Assembly: GCA_026016245.1 (NCBI GenBank)
Contig: CP061211.1
Coordinates: 180,001 to 212,000, forward strand
Length of the DNA: 32,000 nucleotides
DNA from: Candidatus Pacearchaeota archaeon
Lineage (GTDB): Archaea; Nanobdellota; Nanobdellia; Pacearchaeales; UBA284
Reading direction: 5' to 3'
This document shows positions 26,123-32,000 of this stretch, one piece after another. Position 1 is the first letter of the stretch. The number at the start of each line of letters is the position of its first letter. The position numbers and the translations under genes were made by a program. Below the pieces are notes generated by a model. The model did no database searches. It saw only the letters and a list, made by a program, of their open reading frames with translations, and was not told where the DNA came from.

Positions 26123-27211
26123 ATGGAAGACACAGAAAGAGAGAAATTGAAAGAAATTGTGGAAGAATTAGAAGGATATAGAGGCAGACATACAGAGCTT
26201 ATCACTGTCTATGCTTCTGCTGGCTCTAACATCAACCAGATAACTTCACAACTCGCTTCTGAGCAAAGCACTGCCCAGAATATAAAATCAAAAGCTACAA
26301 AAAATAATGTTATTGATGCTCTAGAAAAGATGGTTAGGCATTTAAAGCTATATAAAAAGCTGCCTGAAAATGGTCTTGCCTTATTCTGTGGAAATGTGAG
26401 CAAGAAAGAGGGACAGCCTGACATAAAGATATGGGCAATAGAGCCTCCACAACCACTTAAGACTAAATTCTATAGATGTGACCAGACTTTTGTTCTAGAT
26501 CCATTAAAACAAATGCTGGAGGCTAAAGAAATTTATGGTTTGATTGTTCTTGATAGAAAGGAAGCTACTTTTGGCTTATTAGAAGGTAAGAGTATTAAGA
26601 CCTTAAGACATATAACAAGTGGTGTTCCTGGAAAGCAACGTGCAGGAGGTCAGTCAGCGTTAAGGTTTGAAAGATACAGAGAATCATTAGTAAAAGAATT
26701 TTTTAGACGTATTTCAGAACATGTTAAGGAATTATTTTTTAACAAGCCACGATTACAAAGCTTGCTTGTAGGAGGCCCAGGCCCAGGAAAAGAAGACTGG
26801 TTGAAAGAAGGACAGCTTATTACAGCTCTAAAAAATAAGATTATTGCTGTGAAAGATATTGGATATGCAGATGAGCATGGCTTAGAGCTTTTGGTGGAAA
26901 CAAGCCAAGATATATTAGCAGAAGAGGCTCTAATAAAAGAAAAAGTTCTGCTTGAGAAATTTTTCACAATGCTTGCTAAAGAATCTGAAAAAATAGCTTA
27001 TGGTTCAGAACAAGTGAAAAAAGCTCTCGAGATGGGGGCAGTTGAGAAATTATTAATATCAACTTCAATTGACAAAAAAATCAGGATAGAGCTAGAAAAT
27101 AAAGCAAAAAGTATAGCTGCTGAAGTTCATCTGATTTCAGAGGAGACAGAAGAGGGTATACAGTTTAAAAATCTTAGTGGGATTGGGGCAATATTAAGAT
27201 TTGTGATATAA
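26123..27211 (+). CDS. prf1: peptide chain release factor aRF1
   Basis: NIKS motif (TAQNIKSKAT), GGQ motif (RAGGQSALRF), C-terminus GIGAILRF. At 362 aa it is shorter than typical aRF1. Confidence 0.92.
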   Translation: MEDTEREKLKEIVEELEGYRGRHTELITVYASAGSNINQITSQLASEQSTAQNIKSKATKNNVIDALEKMVRHLKLYKKLPENGLALFCGNVSKKEGQPDIKIWAIEPPQPLKTKFYRCDQTFVLDPLKQMLEAKEIYGLIVLDRKEATFGLLEGKSIKTLRHITSGVPGKQRAGGQSALRFERYRESLVKEFFRRISEHVKELFFNKPRLQSLLVGGPGPGKEDWLKEGQLITALKNKIIAVKDIGYADEHGLELLVETSQDILAEEALIKEKVLLEKFFTMLAKESEKIAYGSEQVKKALEMGAVEKLLISTSIDKKIRIELENKAKSIAAEVHLISEETEEGIQFKNLSGIGAILRFVI

Positions 27212-27219
27212 AAAATAAA

Positions 27220-28308
27220 ATGAAAAGGGAAATTGTGCCTATTTTAAAAAAAATATCTAATCAAGAAGATTTAACAGCTGAAGAAGCAAAAAAAGCTTTT
27301 AAAACTGCATTTTCAGAAAAAGAAGGAGATTATTTTACAGCTTTAAGCATGGGATTGGTGGCAAAAGGGGTGACAAGTAACGAATTATTGGGTTTTTGTA
27401 AAAGTTTTGATAAAATTTATCCAAAAATAGAATTAAAGATAAATGCAACAAATATTATAGATAATAGTGGAACAGGAGGAAGCAAATTAAAAACTTTTAA
27501 TATTAGCACAACTGCTGCTTTTATAATTTCTGCTATAGATATCAGTGTAGCCAAGCAATCATTTTTCTCAGTAACTGGAGTAGGAGGAAGTGCAGACCTT
27601 TTTAGGAATATAGGGATAGACGTAATAAAATTATCTAGGCCTAATACAATTAAAAAAATTATCGAAAAAGTAGGAATTGTTTCATATATTGCAGCATTTC
27701 TTCCTAAACTAAATACAATTCCGGGCCTAATAAATTTTGCAGAAAAACAAAAGGCGGGATTAAAATATATTACACCTCTTCATCTTGCAGCAAATATTTC
27801 TACTCCAATTAAAATGGAAAATAGATTATATGGGGTATTTGATGAAAAATATCTTAATGTTTTAGCAGAACTCTTCCAAAAATTAGATTATAAAAGAGTA
27901 TTATTATTTTGTGGATTAGATGGTATAGATGAAATTTCTAATATAGGAAAAACTAAAATAATAGAAATTAAAAATAATAAAGTAGATACCTATGTAATCT
28001 CTCCTGAAGATATTGGAATTAGAAAAGCCAGATATGAAGATATTAAGGCTATAAGCGCTGAACAAAATGTTATTGATTTTTTAAGAATTTTACATGGAAT
28101 AGAAAACGGACCAAAAAGAGATGTTGTTTTAGTAAACAGCGCAGCTGCTTTTTATATTATGAATAAAGTTAAAACAATTAAGGAAGGGGTAGAATTAGCT
28201 AGAAATTTGTTGGATGAAGGAAAAGCTGCCAATAAACTAAAAGAACTTGTTAATTTTGCTGGAGACATTAAAAAATTAAATAAATGGAAAAAAATAGCGA
28301 AAATATAA
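27220..28308 (+). CDS. glycosyltransferase family 3 (TrpD/anthranilate phosphoribosyltransferase-like) protein with degenerate active-site motifs
   Basis: NSGTGGSKLKTFNISTTAAF (compare GTGGDxxxTFNIST) and VAKQSFFSVTGVGGSADL (compare KHGNRxxSxxxGSAD). The HGNR motif is replaced. Confidence 0.7.
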   Translation: MKREIVPILKKISNQEDLTAEEAKKAFKTAFSEKEGDYFTALSMGLVAKGVTSNELLGFCKSFDKIYPKIELKINATNIIDNSGTGGSKLKTFNISTTAAFIISAIDISVAKQSFFSVTGVGGSADLFRNIGIDVIKLSRPNTIKKIIEKVGIVSYIAAFLPKLNTIPGLINFAEKQKAGLKYITPLHLAANISTPIKMENRLYGVFDEKYLNVLAELFQKLDYKRVLLFCGLDGIDEISNIGKTKIIEIKNNKVDTYVISPEDIGIRKARYEDIKAISAEQNVIDFLRILHGIENGPKRDVVLVNSAAAFYIMNKVKTIKEGVELARNLLDEGKAANKLKELVNFAGDIKKLNKWKKIAKI

Positions 28309-28309
28309 A

Positions 28310-28804
28310 ATGGCAAAGGATAATGAAAAAGAGTTACTAAAGAAGGTTGAAGCATGCTTATTTCTAGCAGCCAGATATTTGAGTATAGATGATCTTGTTA
28401 GATTCACAAGCATAAATCCCATAATGTTAAGAGAACTGATTGAGAAATTGAAAGAGAGATATGAGGATGGAGAATGTGGGATAGTTATTTTAGAAAGAAA
28501 AGCAGATGAGAAAGAATTCTGGAAAATGGATGTCAAGCAAGAATTTCATTTTCTCATCAATAGGTTAGCTACTGGTGAAAGCGAATTCACAAGCGCAGAG
28601 CAAGAAACTCTGGCAATTGTAGCATATAAACAGCCAATAAAACAAAGTATAGTTGTAAAAATAAGAGGCAATAAGGCTTATGATCATATCAAACATTTCA
28701 TTGATATGGGTTTACTAAGCGCAAGAAAACTCGGCAGAACTAAAGAATTAACAACTTCAAATAAATTTTATGATTATTTTAATTTAAAAAACAAAAAGAG
28801 ATAA
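28310..28804 (+). CDS. scpB: segregation and condensation protein B (ScpB)
   Basis: VEACLFLAARYLSIDDL and SAEQETLAIVAYKQPIKQSIVVKIRG are the two wHTH signatures of ScpB. Confidence 0.8.
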   Translation: MAKDNEKELLKKVEACLFLAARYLSIDDLVRFTSINPIMLRELIEKLKERYEDGECGIVILERKADEKEFWKMDVKQEFHFLINRLATGESEFTSAEQETLAIVAYKQPIKQSIVVKIRGNKAYDHIKHFIDMGLLSARKLGRTKELTTSNKFYDYFNLKNKKR

Positions 28805-28805
28805 A

Positions 28806-29180
28806 ATGTTGATAATCCCTGACACTAATTTTCTAATCTATTTATCAAAATATAAACTATGGCATAATCTAGAGAAAGAATATGGGAGATACAAATTAAT
28901 AGTATTGCCAGAATTGGTTTATGAGCTAGATAAGTTGAGCAAAAGAGGAAAGGATAAAGAATCTGCTTTGCTTGCTCTTGAATTAACCTCCAGAATAACT
29001 AGAATCAGAAAAAGGAAAGGGTATGGTGATAAGGCCATTCTAAAAATAGCTTCAATGTTAAAGAAAAATAAAAAAAGGTTTATTATTGCTACTATGGATA
29101 AAGATTTGATAAAAAAGCTTAAAAAGCAAAATATGAAGATTTTAACTATAAGGCAGAAAAAATATCTGAGGGAAATATGA
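28806..29180 (+). CDS. PIN-domain protein (Fcf1/COG1412-like)
   Basis: IIPDTNFLIY (Asp1), ELVYELDKL (Glu), GDKAIL and IIATMDKDL (acidic residues). It sits upstream of rpo7-spt4-S24e-S27ae, a common archaeal neighbourhood. Confidence 0.7.
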   Translation: MLIIPDTNFLIYLSKYKLWHNLEKEYGRYKLIVLPELVYELDKLSKRGKDKESALLALELTSRITRIRKRKGYGDKAILKIASMLKKNKKRFIIATMDKDLIKKLKKQNMKILTIRQKKYLREI

Positions 29181-29641
29181 AAAAAATAAAAAAATACAAA
29201 AGATTCAGAAAAGGTATTTTTTGTGTGGTCTATGCCTTACCTCTCAGATATTTACTTTTACACAGGAAGTTACATTGGAAAGGATGGGAATTTCCTAAAG
29301 GAGGAAAGAAAGAAAAAGAAATATTAGAAAATACAGTAAAAAGAGAAGTGAGGGAAGAAACAGGTCTTAAAATAATAAAAATAAAAAGATTTCCAGTAAA
29401 AGGAAAATTTAGATATGATAAAAAGACACAAGAAGAATGGAAAGCAAAAGGCTTCAACTATGTTTTATTTTCATGTAAAGTTAAGAAAGCCAGAGTCAGG
29501 ATTAGTAGGAAAGAACATAATAAATACAAGTGGTATGATTATAATGAAGCTATCAAGCTATTAAAATGGCCTAGTCAGAGAAAAAGCTTGAAAATTGTTA
29601 ATAAGTTTATAAAGCAAGATTTAAAAACGTCTAAAAATTAA
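29177..29641 (+). CDS. NUDIX hydrolase
   Basis: The Nudix box GGKKEKEILENTVKREVREETGL fits GX5EX7REUXEEXGU. ATGA start/stop overlap with the PIN gene. Confidence 0.85.
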   Translation: MKKIKKYKRFRKGIFCVVYALPLRYLLLHRKLHWKGWEFPKGGKKEKEILENTVKREVREETGLKIIKIKRFPVKGKFRYDKKTQEEWKAKGFNYVLFSCKVKKARVRISRKEHNKYKWYDYNEAIKLLKWPSQRKSLKIVNKFIKQDLKTSKN

Positions 29642-29658
29642 AAATATAATCTTGTAAA

Positions 29659-30288
29659 ATGTTTAAGATTGTTGAGATAAGCGATCATGTCCGCGTAGAG
29701 CCAGAGCTTTTTGGCTTGCCTATTCAGAAAGCTGTAAAGAAACAGCTAGAGAAGACATATGAAAATTATATTGATGAAGAACTTGGGGCTGTAGTAGCTG
29801 TCCTTGAAGTGCTTTCTGTTGGAGAAGGCATACTAATTCCAGGAGATGCAGCTGCTTATTATGATTCTGTTTTCAAGCTTCTAATTTTCAAACCAGAGCT
29901 TCAGGAGCTTGTTTTTGGTAGAATAACACAAATAACAAATTTCGGAGCTTTCATGAATATAGGGGCTTTTGAGGCAATGATACACATAAGCCAAACAATG
30001 GATGATTATGTTTCTTTTAGTAAGTCTGACGCATTAATAGGAAAAAATACTAAGAGAAGTTTAAGAAAAAATGATATATGTTTGGCAAGGATTGTGGCTG
30101 TAAGTTATAAAACAATTCCGCCAAAAATTGGTCTTACAATGAGACAACCAGGTTTAGGTAAGCTGGAATGGATCCAGGAAGATAAGAGGAAAGCAAAATT
30201 AATGGCTGCAAAAGCTGCAAGAGCTGGGGCAAGGGCAGCTGGAGGGAAAACAAAAGCCAGGGGAAAAACTAAAAGAAAAAGAAAATAA
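29659..30288 (+). CDS. rpo7: DNA-directed RNA polymerase subunit Rpo7 (RpoE') with Ala/Lys-rich C-terminal tail
   Basis: N-terminus MFKIVEISDHVRVEPELFG. S1 domain: GRITQITNFGAFMNIGAFEAMIHISQ. Conserved position before spt4. Confidence 0.88.
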   Translation: MFKIVEISDHVRVEPELFGLPIQKAVKKQLEKTYENYIDEELGAVVAVLEVLSVGEGILIPGDAAAYYDSVFKLLIFKPELQELVFGRITQITNFGAFMNIGAFEAMIHISQTMDDYVSFSKSDALIGKNTKRSLRKNDICLARIVAVSYKTIPPKIGLTMRQPGLGKLEWIQEDKRKAKLMAAKAARAGARAAGGKTKARGKTKRKRK

Positions 30289-30294
30289 TAAAAA

Positions 30295-30480
30295 ATGAAA
30301 AAGAAAAAAGTCTGTAAAAATTGCAAGATTTTCATTGAGGGAGATAAGTGCCCAATATGTCAAGGTACCCAATTTGTGGAGAACTGGAAAGGTCGTGTTA
30401 TAATTACTAATCCAGAAAAATCAGAAATAGCAAAAAAATTAAATATAAAAAAGAGGGGGATTTATGCAATAAAAGCTTAA
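30295..30480 (+). CDS. spt4: transcription elongation factor Spt4 (RpoE'')
   Basis: Zinc ribbon CKNC...CPIC, then WKGRVIITNPEKSEIAKKLNI...GIYAIK, the Spt4 signature. Confidence 0.88.
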   Translation: MKKKKVCKNCKIFIEGDKCPICQGTQFVENWKGRVIITNPEKSEIAKKLNIKKRGIYAIKA

Positions 30481-30481
30481 G

Positions 30482-30808
30482 ATGGAATTCAAGATAGAAA
30501 AACAGGAGGCTAAGCCTTTGGTAGGAAGAGATGAGATTACTCTAAAAATTACTAAAATAGAAGCCACACCCTCAAATGCTCAGGTTCAGGAAGCTATAGC
30601 AAAATTACTCAATAAAGATAAAGCTTTGATTGTGATAAAGAAGATTCATCAAAAATATGGCATGCATGAAGCCATAGTATCAGCATATGCATACAAAAGT
30701 GAGGAAGATTTTAAGAAATTCGAGGTAAAAAAGAAGAAAGAAAAGGCAGAGGAAAAGAAGGAAGAAAAACCAGCTGAAGAAGAAAAGCCAAAAGAGGAGG
30801 CTAAATAA
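30482..30808 (+). CDS. rps24e: 30S ribosomal protein S24e with Lys/Glu-rich C-terminal tail
   Basis: [13 protein letters not shown]...[15 protein letters not shown]...[11 protein letters not shown] fits S24e. Position in the conserved cluster supports the call. Confidence 0.85.
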   Translation: MEFKIEKQEAKPLVGRDEITLKITKIEATPSNAQVQEAIAKLLNKDKALIVIKKIHQKYGMHEAIVSAYAYKSEEDFKKFEVKKKKEKAEEKKEEKPAEEEKPKEEAK

Positions 30809-30810
30809 AG

Positions 30811-31059
30811 ATGGGGAAGAAAGGGCCTAAAGTAGTGAAGAAAGGCAAAAAGAAAAGAAAGCCAAAAAAAAGCAGTGAGAGATGGAAAAAGTATAAAATT
30901 GATGGGGGAAAAGCTCAACCAACAGCAAAATTCTGTCCAAGATGCGGGCCAGGTATTTTTTTAGCTGAATCAAAAAATAGATGGTTTTGTGGTAGATGTC
31001 ATTATACTGAATTTAAGTCAAGAGAACAAAAGGAAGAAAAAACTGAAGAGAAGAAATAA
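30811..31059 (+). CDS. rps27ae: 30S ribosomal protein S27ae with poly-Lys N-terminal extension
   Basis: Zinc ribbon [26 protein letters not shown]. Follows S24e as in most archaea. Confidence 0.85.
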   Translation: MGKKGPKVVKKGKKKRKPKKSSERWKKYKIDGGKAQPTAKFCPRCGPGIFLAESKNRWFCGRCHYTEFKSREQKEEKTEEKK

Positions 31060-31082
31060 TTCTTTTATTTTTTAAGAAATTG

Positions 31083-31097
31083 AAAACCCTGGGAAAA
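31083..31097. repeat. direct repeat copy A (aaaaccctgggaaaa, similarity extends ~35 nt)
   Basis: The 15-mer is identical to 31826-31840. The following ~20 nt are partly similar (acat-ttat-t..aact). Confidence 0.7.
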
Positions 31098-31188
31098 ACT
31101 TACATATTATATATAACTTAGGGATTTTTTCTCCAAAACATCAAATTTATAAAAAGTAGTTCGTTAATTTATAAAAAGAGGAGTTGAA

Positions 31189-31815
31189 ATGAAAATACAA
31201 TCAAAAAAATTTTATGAAAAACTTAGTAAATTTAAAGAAAAGAAAAAGGGTTTGTTGCATTTGTTCTTGGTAAAGAAATTCACATGCATGAACAAGCAGA
31301 TTTTGGATCTTGGATGTGGAAAAGGAGAATTAGCATATTTCTTTGCACAAATGGATAATAAAATTAGGGCAATAGATGTCTCAAAGCCTATGCTAAATTA
31401 TGCAATGTCAGTAAACAAACATAAAAATATTACATATCTTCTACAAGATATTAGATCATTAAAATTAAAGAAAAAATTTGATGTTATTTTTGCAATAAAC
31501 TCTTTGGTTCATATTAAATCGCTTGGTCATTTATTAAGACAAATTTATAGTTTGCTTAAAAAAGACGGCAAGTTTATACTATGCTTTCCACATCCGACAC
31601 AGGATTTGAAAGAAATTAAAGATTATCTCAAAGAACAGTTAATAAGGACTAGGACAAAATTTGGAATTGTTGAACAATATTATCGACCAATTCAATTTTA
31701 CCTGAATTTATTAATCGAAGAAAGATTTGCAATAAACAAGATTTATGAATTTAAACTGAAAAAGGAAAAAATTCCTTTTTTCTTTATTGTGGAATTAAAA
31801 AAGAAGCTAAAATAA
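31189..31815 (+). CDS. class I SAM-dependent methyltransferase
   Basis: Motif I ILDLGCGKGELAYFF, acidic residue after beta-2 (RAIDVS), motif-IV-like FDVIFAINSLVH. SD-like gaggag 8 nt upstream. Duplicated TATA aatttataaaaag at 31144 and 31166. Confidence 0.8.
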   Translation: MKIQSKKFYEKLSKFKEKKKGLLHLFLVKKFTCMNKQILDLGCGKGELAYFFAQMDNKIRAIDVSKPMLNYAMSVNKHKNITYLLQDIRSLKLKKKFDVIFAINSLVHIKSLGHLLRQIYSLLKKDGKFILCFPHPTQDLKEIKDYLKEQLIRTRTKFGIVEQYYRPIQFYLNLLIEERFAINKIYEFKLKKEKIPFFFIVELKKKLK

Positions 31816-31825
31816 AAGAATTATA

Positions 31826-31840
31826 AAAACCCTGGGAAAA
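31826..31840. repeat. direct repeat copy B (aaaaccctgggaaaa)
   Basis: Identical to 31083-31097. Lies between the methyltransferase stop and the convergent relE-like stop. Confidence 0.7.
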
Positions 31841-31859
31841 TTCTCTACATTATGTGGAA

Positions 31860-32000
31860 CTATTTTTTAAAGATTTTGCCCCTATGTTCAAATCGCCATA
31901 ACACAAGGGTGCTGTCTTGTATCGAAAAAATAAGTCTGAATGGAGTGATCCTAACTTCTTTTGCCCCAGCAAATCCATAATGCAATGGTTTGCCAATGCT
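31860..32000 (-). CDS. RelE/ParE-family toxin-like protein, C-terminal 46 aa only (5' end beyond the window)
   Basis: My own minus-strand translation gives SIGKPLHYGFAGAKEVRITPFRLIFSIQDSTLVLWRFEHRGKIFKK*. This fits the GKPL...(Y)R(I/L)I(Y/F)...D..(I/V)..(I/L)...HR C-terminal pattern of RelE/ParE toxins. Not in the ORF track because it is truncated. Confidence 0.55.
   Translation of the reverse strand, partial: SIGKPLHYGFAGAKEVRITPFRLIFSIQDSTLVLWRFEHRGKIFKK

Noticed and set aside
31083-31130. A hairpin (aaccct ... agggat) after the S27ae stop as an intrinsic terminator.
   Set aside because: The stem is only 4-5 bp with a ~30-nt loop and is not stable. Archaeal termination does not need hairpins, so I interpret the element as a repeat.

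Overview
This window is a gene-dense (over 90% coding), AT-rich fragment with archaeal gene content. The reduced, lysine-rich proteome points to a DPANN-type (Woese-/Pace-/Nanoarchaeota-like) episymbiont, but that lineage call is inference. Archaeal markers present: aIF2-gamma, aRF1, RNase P Pop5, Rpo7-Spt4-S24e-S27ae, ScpB and ValRS. There is a complete 16S-tRNA(Ala)-23S rRNA operon at about 6.95-11.67 kb. Its spacer tRNA-Ala carries a 49-nt intron, and no 5S gene is linked. Promoters are recognisable as TTTATAAA-type TATA boxes centred about 26 nt upstream of start codons, so first genes look leaderless. The most interesting unexplained locus is a four-gene, translationally coupled orphan operon (11786-16299) directly downstream of the rRNA operon. 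It encodes an SPL/COG1533-like radical-SAM-fold protein with an incomplete Cys triad, a protein made of two copies of an unknown ~120-aa domain, an HTH + Vsr/DUF559-like PD-(D/E)XK nuclease, and a 470-aa orphan protein. I propose it as a candidate undescribed DNA-targeting (defence, repair or selfish) module. Other notable items: a bacterial-type Lgt homolog alongside signal-peptide-Cys proteins; a 799-aa Cys-rich surface protein with a jelly-roll domain and three W-x-C-x2-W repeats, plus a co-oriented small Cys-rich secreted protein; a B12-radical-SAM/SBP operon divergent from a TrmB regulator with a palindromic operator candidate; an MNT-HEPN pair; a degenerate TrpD homolog; a methyltransferase flanked by direct repeats next to a truncated RelE/ParE-like gene; and poly-lysine extensions on many housekeeping proteins. 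I saw no CRISPR array, transposase or integrase. All functional calls rest on motif reading by eye, and no database search was possible.
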